From assembly GCA_021736255.1 (NCBI GenBank), contig JAIPGG010000004.1:3747-67746 (forward strand): a stretch of 64,000 nucleotides of DNA, in the 5' to 3' direction. Each line of letters starts with the position of its first letter. Position 1 is the first letter of the stretch. Positions 1-9,206 of this stretch are shown in pieces. The notes below the pieces were generated by a model, which ran no database searches, was not told the DNA's origin, and saw only the letters and a program-made list of their open reading frames with translations. Position numbers and translations under genes: made by a program. The stretch is from Spirochaetales bacterium. GTDB taxonomy: Bacteria > Spirochaetota > Spirochaetia > JAIPGG01.

Positions 1-48
1 CACAGGGCCTTGATTTTTCCGTTTTGATGAATATACTGTCTCCTACCG

Positions 49-120
49 GCCAGAATAGCTCAGCGGCAGAGCAGCTCACTCGTAATGAGCAGGTCGTCGG
101 TTCAATTCCGACTTCTGGCT
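49..120 (+). tRNA. tRNA-Thr (anticodon CGT)
   Basis: The cloverleaf is readable by eye and totals 72 nt. Acceptor GCCAGAA/TTCTGGC; D-arm GCTC-AGCGGCA-GAGC; anticodon stem GCTCA/TGAGC with loop CTCGTAA (anticodon CGT); T-arm GTCGG-TTCAATT-CCGAC; discriminator T. No CCA is encoded. Confidence 0.85.
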
Positions 121-186
121 TTTCAACGAGACAGATTTTGATGTGGTATGGTATATACCTCCGACACCATGCCGCGAAGCCGAAAA

Positions 187-519
187 TCAGGCAGGACTGA
201 TCATTATCCGTGGATATCGTTCAACCTGTTCGAGAAAGAGACGGACCTTCTTTTTCCCATCCAGTTTCTGTACCGACTTCATGCCCAGTTCCACCGTACC
301 GAGACGGCACTCGTTTTTCTGGTACAATCGGGCATAGACAGGCGGATCATCCTGCTGCAGGGGAAGATTATCAGGATCGGGAGTGATCACGAGTTCAACG
401 GTGGCCTCGGTCATCATGAGTCCCAAATCGAACCCGTCGTTGGGGTTGATAACCAGCTCCTTTTCGGTAAACGATTGGTCGGCGAGGACCTTCAATTCTC
501 CGGTCTTTTTTCTGCTCAT
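187..519 (-). CDS. hypothetical protein (110 aa)
   Basis: An ORF with an ordinary globular composition. It competes with overlapping plus-strand ORFs 143-337 and 148-546, which look less protein-like. I recognise no family, and no clear SD precedes the ATG. Confidence 0.45.
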   Translation of the reverse strand: MSRKKTGELKVLADQSFTEKELVINPNDGFDLGLMMTEATVELVITPDPDNLPLQQDDPPVYARLYQKNECRLGTVELGMKSVQKLDGKKKVRLFLEQVERYPRIMISPA

Positions 520-604
520 AATAGTAGTACTGTAGTGAAGAGGTAGGGGAAAATCAAGGTTGTCGAGCTGAGTTCTTCAATCAAATCGCCCTCGGGAGTT
601 CGGA

Positions 605-1996
605 ATGCCGGTTGAAAAAACTACATTAAGCAGTAGTGATCGCAACAGAGGCCAACGGTTCCTCCGGCGTTTCGTTACCCTGAATGGAATCTCCGTAGCC
701 TTTCTCATGAACGATCTGTTGATACTCTACGGAATCCGGAACGGGCTCGATGATCCGCAGGTTGCACTGCTTGCCTCGTTTATCCATCTGTCCATGCCCT
801 TCATGCTTTTCGGTATGTCCTGGATCCGCCGGGTCGGAGCTGCGCGCACTTGGGGATACGGGTGGCTCTTTCGTTACCTCTCGGGTTCTGTTCTCATTCT
901 CGCGCCTTGGATCGGCCGTTTCGCTCCCGAAACATTTGTCCACCTGGTCATTCTCCTCGGTGCATTCGGCTTTGCTGTTTTCCGAAGCATCGGGTTGGTA
1001 GCGAACTCTCCGCTTATCGGGGAGATAACCACCGAAGGCGAACGGGGCCGGTTCCTTTCGGGAAACTGGGTACGGGCAAATACGACCTATTTCTTTTCCA
1101 TGGCGCTGATAATCGCAATCATGTACTATTTCGATACAATGTGGGTGTACCAGCTGGTCATCGGAGCCGGTTGCGTAATCGGAATATTTGCCAGCCGGGT
1201 ATTGGTCCGGGTCCCGGAAACAGAAGGACCGGCCCGTTCCGCCTCAGAACCGATGGGAAGAGCCCTGAAAGAGATCCTTTCTTCCCCTCGTCTGCGCAGG
1301 ATTATTTTCGCCTGGGGCTCTTCCTTTGCAGCCTTTGTTTTGGTGATTCCCTTTGCCGTCGTTACGGTGAAAAACGGCTACGGCCTGTCGGATTACGCCG
1401 CACTGATCTTTTCACTGCTGGTTTTGGCCGGGGGAATTCTCTCTTCAGCGATAAATGCAGGGGTTTCCGACCACAGCGGGCCCCGGCCGCTTTTGATCCT
1501 CTACGTTACCGGTTTGATTCTGGTAGCGGGGTACTGGGCCTTTGCTCCATCGAGGTTTGCGCCCATACCTACCGCTGCGGCGTTTTTCACCGCGGGTTTC
1601 TGTAAGACCGGCATCATCCTGACCAACAGCCATTACCTGCTCTCAGCCGTCGAAGCCGGCCGGCGGGTGAGTATTTCTCTCTTTGCGCGAATGGCCGGGG
1701 GCGCTATGGCAGGACTCGCCGCTTCGGTCGGCGGCGGCACGCTTCTTCGAATTCTGAGAGAGACCACCTTCGGTAATGTGAGCTTGAATGGAATCGAGGT
1801 CTACCACTGGTATTTCAGGATTCTGGTCCCTGTTCTCCTCCTCCTTTTACTTGTCGTCATGCGGCTGGAGCGACTCAAAGAATGGGGAGTACGCCGGGTA
1901 ATTTCGTTTGTTTTCTCCCTTCAGGGCCTTCAGACAATGCTCATGCCCTCTCAGGACAGTGAAAAAGACGGGAACGAGGAGGACGATTCACGATGA
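605..1996 (+). CDS. MFS-type transporter (about 12 predicted TM helices, acidic C-terminal tail)
   Basis: The 463-aa product is hydrophobic throughout, with the periodic TM segments typical of the major facilitator superfamily. Its stop overlaps the next start (ATGA at 1993-1996). Confidence 0.75.
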   Translation: MPVEKTTLSSSDRNRGQRFLRRFVTLNGISVAFLMNDLLILYGIRNGLDDPQVALLASFIHLSMPFMLFGMSWIRRVGAARTWGYGWLFRYLSGSVLILAPWIGRFAPETFVHLVILLGAFGFAVFRSIGLVANSPLIGEITTEGERGRFLSGNWVRANTTYFFSMALIIAIMYYFDTMWVYQLVIGAGCVIGIFASRVLVRVPETEGPARSASEPMGRALKEILSSPRLRRIIFAWGSSFAAFVLVIPFAVVTVKNGYGLSDYAALIFSLLVLAGGILSSAINAGVSDHSGPRPLLILYVTGLILVAGYWAFAPSRFAPIPTAAAFFTAGFCKTGIILTNSHYLLSAVEAGRRVSISLFARMAGGAMAGLAASVGGGTLLRILRETTFGNVSLNGIEVYHWYFRILVPVLLLLLLVVMRLERLKEWGVRRVISFVFSLQGLQTMLMPSQDSEKDGNEEDDSR

Positions 1997-2364
1997 AAGG
2001 AGTGAAAGGAGTACCCATGCCGCCGCTCGTTTTGATCGCCTGCACGGTGGTGATTGCGAGCGCCGGCCAACTGGCAGCACGCGGCGGCGCGCTTCTTGCC
2101 GGTCAGGCCCCTCTGTGGCTGGTGAGTGTGCTGTTTCTTGGCAGCTACCTGGCTCTTGCCGGACGGGGAGTGCTCTGGCTCTTCGTATTACGCAAAATGC
2201 CCCTCTCCGTTGCCTATCCGCTGTATGCTGCTGTTTTTTTCTTGGTACCTGCTGGGGCGGCATGGCTTTATGATGAAGCGGTTAGTCTTCACTCTGCCGC
2301 AGGCTGGGCTTTGATCGGAGGAGGGGTCGTGTTGACCGGCATTCGTGCGGGGAAACAACGTTGA
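1993..2364 (+). CDS. small 4-TM DMT/EamA-like membrane protein (ArnE/ArnF-like flippase subunit candidate)
   Basis: The 123-aa product has four hydrophobic helices. It is paired with a second similar ORF and sits next to a GT2 gene, as in arnC-arnE-arnF arrangements. Confidence 0.6.
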   Translation: MKGVKGVPMPPLVLIACTVVIASAGQLAARGGALLAGQAPLWLVSVLFLGSYLALAGRGVLWLFVLRKMPLSVAYPLYAAVFFLVPAGAAWLYDEAVSLHSAAGWALIGGGVVLTGIRAGKQR

Positions 2365-2735
2365 TTGAAGCGGGTTTGTTGTCACAGTTGAGGCCTTATC
2401 TTTTTCTCTGCGGAATGCTGATCCTGGTGACCGCCGGGCAGATTCTCCTGAAGGCAGGGGCCCCGCGAATGGAAACGGGGCAGGGACTGAAGACCTTCGT
2501 TATCAGCCTTTTCCGCCCCCCTTTGGTTATCGGGGCCGGGCTCGTTTTTTCCGCTCCGGTGTTGTATTTTCTGGCCCTCCGGGACCTGTCCCTCGGACAA
2601 GCCTTTGCCGTCTCTGCCCTCTCGATTGTCCTCGTTCCCGCAGGCGCCCGAATCTTCCTGCAGGAGAGGATTACACCTTTACAGCTAGCAGCAATGATTA
2701 TGATTGCGGGAGGAGTAGTCCTTGCCAACCTCTGA
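2361..2735 (+). CDS. small 4-TM DMT/EamA-like membrane protein (ArnE/ArnF-like, second subunit)
   Basis: 124 aa with a TTG start that overlaps the previous stop. It has four hydrophobic helices and is a paralogous partner of 1993-2364. Confidence 0.6.
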   Translation: MIEAGLLSQLRPYLFLCGMLILVTAGQILLKAGAPRMETGQGLKTFVISLFRPPLVIGAGLVFSAPVLYFLALRDLSLGQAFAVSALSIVLVPAGARIFLQERITPLQLAAMIMIAGGVVLANL

Positions 2736-3585
2736 TCGTATCAAAGTCTCTCTGATCATCCCCACATTTCATCCTGCCGAATTTCACCCGGAAAGGGCAT
2801 TCCACGGGGAAGATGTTTCATCCGGCGGAGATCCATATTTGAATACAGAGGTGCACAACCCAATACAGACCCTCAGCAGGATGATCAGCAGCTGTGCAGA
2901 CAAGGAAAGAGAGATCATAATCTGTGATGACGGAAGCGGGGCAGAATATCAAACAGCCCTCCGCAATCTCTGCAGAAACCAGAGGGATACGGAAATCTTT
3001 TCTCCACTGAAAAGGAACCGACTTCGCTGTATCTTCATGGACCGGAACCGGGGACAGCAGATTGCCACGATAGCAGGTATGAGTGTTGCCCGGGGCAGCT
3101 GGATTATTACCATGGATGACGACGGTGAGCATCCGCCCGAATGCATTGAAGAATTGATAGCCCGCGGAGAGGAAGGAAACGACTTGGTCTATGCCGCGGT
3201 AAAGCAGCCGGAGAAAAGGAAAACAACCTGTATGCGCAGAACCGGCTCTGCTCTCAATCAATTTCTGTTTACCCGCTTTCTTGGCCTTCCAAAGGAGGTT
3301 CGGGTTTCGAGTTTCCGCGCAATACGGGCAACTTGGTTCCGGCAGACTTTTGAAAATCTGGAGAATCCCTTCCCCTACCTTTCGGCTATGCTCCTCCGGG
3401 AAGGCCCTCGGGTTTCCTCCATCCGGTATTCCGGAAAAGCTGCCTCGGCAAGCCGGTACAGCATTGCCTCTCTCGCGCTAATCTGGTGGAAGCTTTTCCG
3501 CTTCTGGGGCCCTCTCCGGTTTATTCCGTCCGAACGGCCGCATTTGACCGCCGATGATATTCGGTCTATGTACCGGGAGAAATAG
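2722..3585 (+). CDS. family-2 glycosyltransferase (polyprenyl-phosphate sugar synthase-like, ArnC/DPM1-like)
   Basis: N-terminal VSLIIPTF, then IIICDDGSG and ITMDDDGEHPP (the DxD region), which are typical GT-A/GT2 signatures. The gene overlaps its upstream neighbour. Confidence 0.8.
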   Translation: MPTSDRIKVSLIIPTFHPAEFHPERAFHGEDVSSGGDPYLNTEVHNPIQTLSRMISSCADKEREIIICDDGSGAEYQTALRNLCRNQRDTEIFSPLKRNRLRCIFMDRNRGQQIATIAGMSVARGSWIITMDDDGEHPPECIEELIARGEEGNDLVYAAVKQPEKRKTTCMRRTGSALNQFLFTRFLGLPKEVRVSSFRAIRATWFRQTFENLENPFPYLSAMLLREGPRVSSIRYSGKAASASRYSIASLALIWWKLFRFWGPLRFIPSERPHLTADDIRSMYREK

Positions 3586-3610
3586 AGTGAGGAAGAAGCT
3601 CCGTTCAATC

Positions 3611-4891
3611 ATGGTACTCGGCGGGGGCAGCAGCCAGATTCATCTGCTGCAAAGGGCCCTGAAGGCCGGGTTTTATGTGATTCTCGCAGATAAAGATCCC
3701 GATGCACCCGGAAGACGGTACTGCAGCGAATTCGTAGAGGCTTCCACCTTCGACATAGATGCGGTAACGCAGGCAGCCTCCCGGACCGGTGCCGAACGGA
3801 TTATTGCCGCCGGAAGCGATCAGCCGGTACTCACCGCTGCCGCAGCCTCGGCGGCCAACGGTCTGCCCTATCCCCTTTCTCCGGAAACCGCCCTTGCGGT
3901 AACGAACAAGCGAATAATGAAAACTATCTTTCACAAGGCTGATATTCCGACGGTCCGCTGGGCCCTTGCCGATGAAGATGGGAACCTGACGTTTGAACCG
4001 CAACAACAAGCAGAAAAGCCCCGCCCCCTCTTCGAGTCAACAGCCTCTCCTCTGGTGGTAAAACCGGTGGACAGCCAGGGACAGCGGGGTGTTCTGCTCG
4101 TCGACGACCGGAAGAAGATAAAGCAGGCAGCAAGCTACGTTCTCTCATACTCCCGGGAACCTGTTTTTTTGGTAGAGGAATATTATCCTTCGGGGGAAGT
4201 AACGGTTTCAGGCTGGGTGGAAAACGAAAAATGTAAAATCTATGCCGTAACCGACCGGGTAACCATCGATAATCCGCCGAGTCTGGGTGTTTGCACCGCC
4301 CACCGATATCCTTCCCGTTTTTTTCCTGAATTCAAGGAGGAGTTCGAAACGATCACCCGGCAGATAGTATCTTCCTTCGGCATCAGATCAGGCCCGATCT
4401 ATTTTCAGTACTTGATCGGGAAAGAGGGAATCAAGGTAAACGAGATAGCCTGCAGGCTCGGCGGAGCATACGAGGATGAATCTCTTCCGCGGGTCACCGG
4501 CATCGACATCATTGGAAAACTGCTGGGGGAAACGGAGGAAGCAGGCGGCGACAGGATAAGCCGAGAAAACAATACAAACCTGCACAAATATTTCTCTGTC
4601 CCTCTGATCTTCTGCAAACCCGGGCTGATACGTGAAATCCACGGAACCGGAGCAAGCCGGAAGATGAAAGGTGTTCACTCGCTATCCATTCTTCAAAAAC
4701 CGGGTACTCAAATAACCGATATGCAGAACTCCACCCAACGAGCGGCCTATGCCGTTATATCCGGTTTCACTGTCGGGGAGGTGAATAGGGCGGTCGATGA
4801 ATTATTCGATACCCTTCGGTTCTCCGATGAAAGGGGAAACGACCTATTGATAGACAGCCGGGATTCCTGCAAACTGAATCAGGATTTATGA
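3611..4891 (+). CDS. ATP-grasp domain carboxylate-amine ligase
   Basis: A pre-ATP-grasp Rossmann segment (IMVLGGGSSQIHLLQRALKAGFYVILADKD) is followed by an ATP-grasp body (PLVVKPVDSQGQRGV..., EEYYPSGEVTVSG, NEIACRLGG). The start is uncertain: ATG 3611, GTG 3587, or the ORF-track start 3554. Confidence 0.7.
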   Translation: MVLGGGSSQIHLLQRALKAGFYVILADKDPDAPGRRYCSEFVEASTFDIDAVTQAASRTGAERIIAAGSDQPVLTAAAASAANGLPYPLSPETALAVTNKRIMKTIFHKADIPTVRWALADEDGNLTFEPQQQAEKPRPLFESTASPLVVKPVDSQGQRGVLLVDDRKKIKQAASYVLSYSREPVFLVEEYYPSGEVTVSGWVENEKCKIYAVTDRVTIDNPPSLGVCTAHRYPSRFFPEFKEEFETITRQIVSSFGIRSGPIYFQYLIGKEGIKVNEIACRLGGAYEDESLPRVTGIDIIGKLLGETEEAGGDRISRENNTNLHKYFSVPLIFCKPGLIREIHGTGASRKMKGVHSLSILQKPGTQITDMQNSTQRAAYAVISGFTVGEVNRAVDELFDTLRFSDERGNDLLIDSRDSCKLNQDL

Positions 4892-5910
4892 TGGGAAAGC
4901 AGCAGAACCGGCAATATTTTTTTCTTATTATCGCCCTGGTATTGATCGCTCCGCTCGTTCTTGGCTTTCTCGGATGCGGTAGGGAATCTGATCCGCAAAC
5001 GCATTCTGCCGGCACGAAAAGCGGCAAACAGCCGGTTTTACGCATTGCAGAACAGTACGGACTGGCCTATGCCCCGCTTTCTGTTGCCAAGGCCCGGGGA
5101 CTCGTGCAAGCGGAGCTTCCCGGATGGCGAATCGAGTGGAAACAACTCGGGAATACAGCGGCTATTCGAGAGGCAATGATCGCAAAGGATCTCGATACTG
5201 GTTTCATGGGGATCCCCCCGTTCCTGATCGGCTGGGACCGGGGTATGAAATGGAAAATCTTTACCGGTCTTTCACAGGCCCCCCTCGGTCTTGTTACCTG
5301 GCGATCTGATATCCGCTCACTCGAAGACTTTGACCGAGACGACAGGATCGCACTCCCTCAACCCGGCAGCATCCAGCATATTCTCTTATCGATGGCAGCC
5401 GAACGGAGCCTCGGCGCCCCGAAGGCCTTCGATTCCAGGCTGGTAACACTCAACCACCCCAACGGCATGCAAGCATTGCTCGCCAGGCGGGATATTACCG
5501 CGCATTTCACCTCCCCCCCCTACCTGATGATGGAGCTTGCAACAGAAGATATGCACGAGGTGATTTCCGGACAGGAAGCAATGGGCGGTGAGTTTACGTT
5601 CATTGTCGGAACGGTAACCGATGAGTTTGCAGACAGAAATCCGGAAGCTGTGAAAGGTCTCGAACGAGCACTCGACAGGGCGATGACAATTTTGGCCGCC
5701 GGCGGAGGACGAAAGGAACTGGCCGCCGGCTTCAATCTCGAATTACCGGAGATCGAAAGCTATCTCGATCATCCCGATCTCGTCTATACCACAGAGGTTC
5801 AGGGGCTCGCTGAGTTTCTGGATTTTATGCTGCGACACAATTTTATCCGGAGAAAACCCGAAGAGAAAGAAGGAGTTTCCGGACTCTTGTGGGCTGGAGC
5901 CACGAAGTGA
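4888..5910 (+). CDS. ABC transporter substrate-binding lipoprotein, NMT1/SsuA/TauA-like (NitT/TauT family)
   Basis: A lipobox (LGFLGC) follows a hydrophobic signal, and the fold resembles periplasmic aliphatic-sulfonate/taurine/nitrate binders. The start overlaps the ATP-grasp stop (ATGA). Confidence 0.7.
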   Translation: MMGKQQNRQYFFLIIALVLIAPLVLGFLGCGRESDPQTHSAGTKSGKQPVLRIAEQYGLAYAPLSVAKARGLVQAELPGWRIEWKQLGNTAAIREAMIAKDLDTGFMGIPPFLIGWDRGMKWKIFTGLSQAPLGLVTWRSDIRSLEDFDRDDRIALPQPGSIQHILLSMAAERSLGAPKAFDSRLVTLNHPNGMQALLARRDITAHFTSPPYLMMELATEDMHEVISGQEAMGGEFTFIVGTVTDEFADRNPEAVKGLERALDRAMTILAAGGGRKELAAGFNLELPEIESYLDHPDLVYTTEVQGLAEFLDFMLRHNFIRRKPEEKEGVSGLLWAGATK

Positions 5911-6704
5911 CCCCCTCCAAGCGCCTTCTGCATGGAAGAAACAGAATAGTACGAAGGCTGATTTGGGTTGTCGTAATAATTGCCGGTTATGAAATAATAC
6001 GCCGGGGTCTGGAGATCTCTCCGCTCGCACTGCCCCCGATCGTGGAGATAGGAAGCGCCTTTTTTGCCGGTTTTGGAGAAGGAGACCTGCTCCAACAGCT
6101 TGTCCGGTCCTTGATTTTGATCGCAGCGGCCCTCGCTGCAGGAGCTGGGGCCGCCCTTGGTCTGGCCCTGCTCAGTGTTCGCCGTTCCTTTTTTGCCGAG
6201 CTCATCGACGGCCTGGTGGCCATATTCCATCCTCTTCCCGGCATCGCTCTTCTGCCCATTGTCATCCTCTGGTTCGGCACGGGTACCGCCTCTCTGCTGG
6301 TAATCATTATTCATTCCGTCCTCTGGCCGATGATAACGAACCTTACCGCCGGTTTGCGGGGAGTCTCTCCGACCCAAATCATGGCAGGAAAGAACCTCGG
6401 CATGGGCCGTTCCGAACTCTTTTTCCGAATCCTTCTGCCCGCTTCCTTGCCCTATATTATAGCGGGAATGCGGATTGCCTGGGCCCGAAGCTGGAGAGCC
6501 CTTATTAGTGCAGAGATGGTCTTCGGAGCTATCGCAGGGGCCGGAGGAATCGGCTGGTATCTTTATTCGAAGCGGGTCTTCATGGACTCGGCCGGACTGT
6601 TTGCCGGTGTTGTTCTTATTATTCTGATCGGGGTACTGGTAGAGGATGTGGTCTTCCGCCGGATTCAGAGGAAAACGGTAGAACGGTGGGGAATGGAACG
6701 CTGA
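5889..6704 (+). CDS. ABC transporter permease (NitT/TauT family)
   Basis: Six TM segments and an EAA-like loop region (ARSWRALISAEMV), in the context of the neighbouring SBP and ATPase genes. Confidence 0.8.
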   Translation: MGWSHEVTPSKRLLHGRNRIVRRLIWVVVIIAGYEIIRRGLEISPLALPPIVEIGSAFFAGFGEGDLLQQLVRSLILIAAALAAGAGAALGLALLSVRRSFFAELIDGLVAIFHPLPGIALLPIVILWFGTGTASLLVIIIHSVLWPMITNLTAGLRGVSPTQIMAGKNLGMGRSELFFRILLPASLPYIIAGMRIAWARSWRALISAEMVFGAIAGAGGIGWYLYSKRVFMDSAGLFAGVVLIILIGVLVEDVVFRRIQRKTVERWGMER

Positions 6705-7471
6705 TGGAAGAACGGATAATTTTCTCCGCCGAGAGAATTGTAAAATACTACCAGAATGGCGAAACAGGGGTACCCGTTTTATCGAATATTTCATTGAAGC
6801 TGAAGGAGAGAGAATTCGTCTGCATTCTCGGGCCCTCAGGCTGCGGGAAATCGACACTGCTACGGGTTCTTTCCTCCCTCGAAAAGGCCGATTCTGGAAC
6901 TATCGCTCTCGACGGGAACGAGATTACAGGTCCCGGCCCCGATCGAATGCTCATCTTTCAGGAGCAGGACCAGCTCTTCCACTGGCTGAGCACACGTTCG
7001 AATATTCATTTGGCCCTTGGCAAAACAGGCACTCAGAGCGAGCAAGAGCGTGAAAAACAAACCACAGCACTCCTTCGTCAATTCGGATTACAGGAAGCAG
7101 GAGACAAGTTTCCTCATCAGCTTTCCGGCGGAATGAAACAGCGGGCTGCCATCGCCAGGTCACTGGCAGCCGGTCCCCGAATTCTTTTTCTTGATGAACC
7201 GTTTTCCAGTCTCGACGCGATGACCCGAGAACACCTCCAGATATTTCTCCTCGACCTCTGGAAAAGGAGGAATCTTACACTGCTTTTTGTAACCCATGAT
7301 ATTACCGAGGCAGCTCTTCTTTCGGACCGGATAATTATTATGAATGCTGAGGGTAAGCTCGTAAAAGAAGTCGAGAATACACTCAGCCGCCCCCGGGACC
7401 GGGACGGAACAGACCTTCACAAATTCACTGCCGTTCTCCGGCAGGAGCTTTCCCATAATCCCGGTCTTTGA
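6704..7471 (+). CDS. ABC transporter ATP-binding protein (NitT/TauT family)
   Basis: Walker [10 protein letters not shown], signature LSGGMKQR, Walker B LFLDEP. ATG 6704 overlaps the permease stop (TGATG); the alternative GTG start is at 6686. Confidence 0.85.
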   Translation: MEERIIFSAERIVKYYQNGETGVPVLSNISLKLKEREFVCILGPSGCGKSTLLRVLSSLEKADSGTIALDGNEITGPGPDRMLIFQEQDQLFHWLSTRSNIHLALGKTGTQSEQEREKQTTALLRQFGLQEAGDKFPHQLSGGMKQRAAIARSLAAGPRILFLDEPFSSLDAMTREHLQIFLLDLWKRRNLTLLFVTHDITEAALLSDRIIIMNAEGKLVKEVENTLSRPRDRDGTDLHKFTAVLRQELSHNPGL

Positions 7472-9098
7472 TCCGGTAGACAGTTACCGCCCATTCTTTC
7501 CTGTCCTGATAAAGCACAAGCCGCATCCCGTAAACAGGATTCACTATCTCTGCAATTTTTTCACCCTGCTCATCGAGGATATCTTTCAACCGGGGATACC
7601 ACGGCGCGATATTTCCATAGACTGTGTTCCAGACCGGCCGGCTGCGGTAGATTAACTCGAGTTCCTCGGGAAGTAGTATATATTCAACCCTCTCCTGAGC
7701 TAAAAACCTTCCTATCCCCGGGAAATCCGGTCCGCTGAGATCCCGAAAAACCCTGAGTTTCCCATGGTCGAAAGCAAAGGCGGTATTCAAGTTTGCAAGC
7801 ACAGTCGCATCGCCGGGCACATGTCTTTGAATAGCTTCGATATAATCAGCATACCGGGACTTGCGCCAGGGCAGCACTGTATCCGCTGTGTTCCACAAGA
7901 GAAATCCGAAGACTCCTGTCAGGACAAGGATGCCGGCGAGCCTTACAGCCTTACTGAATTGTAAACTGACTTTCCCATATCCTTTTGCTGCCTCCACAAT
8001 AAAAGACAAGAAAACAATAAAACCAAGATAACCGAGGGGGAACAGAAACAATATGCTCGGGGGTGAATATTTTCCAATCAGGAAATATCCAACAGCAACA
8101 AGAGGCAAGCCTGCAAGCAGCCATCCGAATATATCTTTTCCGGAGTTTTGTTTTTTGCGTATGAAGAGGAGACCCACCGTTCCTATCCACGAAACGAGAA
8201 AAAGGCGCAGCTGAAATCCAACCGGCGGTAAAAAGTAGGTTCCGGCAATCTGTCCGTCAATCTTCCGAAAAAAAGAAAAGAACCTGGATAGTCGAGTCAC
8301 CGGATGATCAGTCACCCCTACTTCCCTTCCGAATTCCAGATAATTGTAAAGAAAGTCCGGGTCCATGATGAAGCTTACGGCAACTGCCGATGCAGCACAT
8401 ACAGCCAATCCCAAAATCAGTATACCTGCAGCAGGGAGGGGTCCGATGGTCCTGCTTTTGCTCTTTTTCCTCGAAAGAAGAAACCACAGAAAAAAGGGAA
8501 AGGGAAGTGCGATAATAAAACTGTTTGGATGAATGAAAACCCCGGCGCCGAGAATAAGCGATAAAAGAAAACTGTCGCGAACTCGCCAATCCCTACTTTG
8601 AACCGTCACATACCAAATACCGGCACACATAAGCAGAACCATAAAAATTTCCTGCCTTCCGATATGAGATGCGGTAATAAACTGAATATCTACAGATAGC
8701 AGGATGGCGGGAATCATCCCCGCTGCAACACTTCCAAAGCGGGAAGTAAAAAGACGCCGCCCGGCATCAGCGAGAAACAGCAGGGATGCAAACCCTGCTC
8801 CAAGAGAGGGAACCCTTGCAGCAACGGCAGACCAATCAACCGCTATAAAGGGCATTTGAAAGAGATGAAAAAGGATTTTTATCGCATGCGGCATGCGGGG
8901 TGTACTGTGGAAAAAGTCCTCGGTGGCCGCAAGGGAACCGGATTCAATCATGGACCTGGTCAGTGATGCAAGCCAGGCCTCGTCGGAATGGACAAAGGGG
9001 AAGAAAGGCAAAGACCAGATGTGGAACAAGAGGTAGGCTGCTATGGCTGCTGCGGCAGCGGCGACGCCGAGCAGTTTTCTGTTCACTCCTTTCCTCAC
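7425..9098 (-). CDS. GT-C fold membrane glycosyltransferase (ArnT/PMT-like, GT39/GT83-like)
   Basis: 557 aa with more than 10 TM helices. An acidic DE motif sits after TM1 (FVHSDEAWLA) and there is a soluble C-terminal domain of about 150 aa. GTG start. The 3' end overlaps the convergent ABC ATPase gene by 47 nt. Confidence 0.7.
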   Translation of the reverse strand: MRKGVNRKLLGVAAAAAAIAAYLLFHIWSLPFFPFVHSDEAWLASLTRSMIESGSLAATEDFFHSTPRMPHAIKILFHLFQMPFIAVDWSAVAARVPSLGAGFASLLFLADAGRRLFTSRFGSVAAGMIPAILLSVDIQFITASHIGRQEIFMVLLMCAGIWYVTVQSRDWRVRDSFLLSLILGAGVFIHPNSFIIALPFPFFLWFLLSRKKSKSRTIGPLPAAGILILGLAVCAASAVAVSFIMDPDFLYNYLEFGREVGVTDHPVTRLSRFFSFFRKIDGQIAGTYFLPPVGFQLRLFLVSWIGTVGLLFIRKKQNSGKDIFGWLLAGLPLVAVGYFLIGKYSPPSILFLFPLGYLGFIVFLSFIVEAAKGYGKVSLQFSKAVRLAGILVLTGVFGFLLWNTADTVLPWRKSRYADYIEAIQRHVPGDATVLANLNTAFAFDHGKLRVFRDLSGPDFPGIGRFLAQERVEYILLPEELELIYRSRPVWNTVYGNIAPWYPRLKDILDEQGEKIAEIVNPVYGMRLVLYQDRKEWAVTVYRIKDRDYGKAPAGERQ

Positions 9099-9151
9099 CT
9101 GGAAGCAGCCTCGCCGACTGCTTTCATTCCAGCAGGGGTTGCCGGGGACAG

Positions 9152-9190
9152 AAAAAAGCCCCCGACGCCGCAGCGCCGGGGACTTTTCTT
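9152..9190 (-). terminator. Rho-independent terminator of the sulfur operon
   Basis: On the minus strand, stem CCCCGGCG / CGTCGGGG (one G-U pair) has a 6-nt loop and is followed by GCTTTTTT. It lies 17 nt after the rhodanese stop. Confidence 0.6.
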
Positions 9191-9206
9191 TGACGATGTA
9201 TCGTCG

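Noticed and set aside
148-546. Plus-strand ORFs (64 and 132 aa) overlapping the 187-519 minus-strand ORF
   Set aside because: The minus-strand product has a more balanced, globular-looking composition. The plus-strand products are Arg/Ser/Phe-rich. The choice remains uncertain, so the feature confidence is low.
5799-6857. A 352-aa minus-strand ORF antisense to the ABC SBP and permease genes
   Set aside because: Its translation is low complexity (rich in S, R, P and G) with no recognisable motifs. It lies entirely antisense to ORFs with clear ABC-transporter features. Long antisense ORFs of this kind arise by chance in moderately GC-rich coding DNA.
49-9098. A possible genomic island integrated at the tRNA-Thr 3' end (the Arn-like cluster begins right after the tRNA)
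   Set aside because: I saw no integrase, recombinase or mobility gene, and no direct repeat of the tRNA 3' end. The composition looks similar to the rest of the window.
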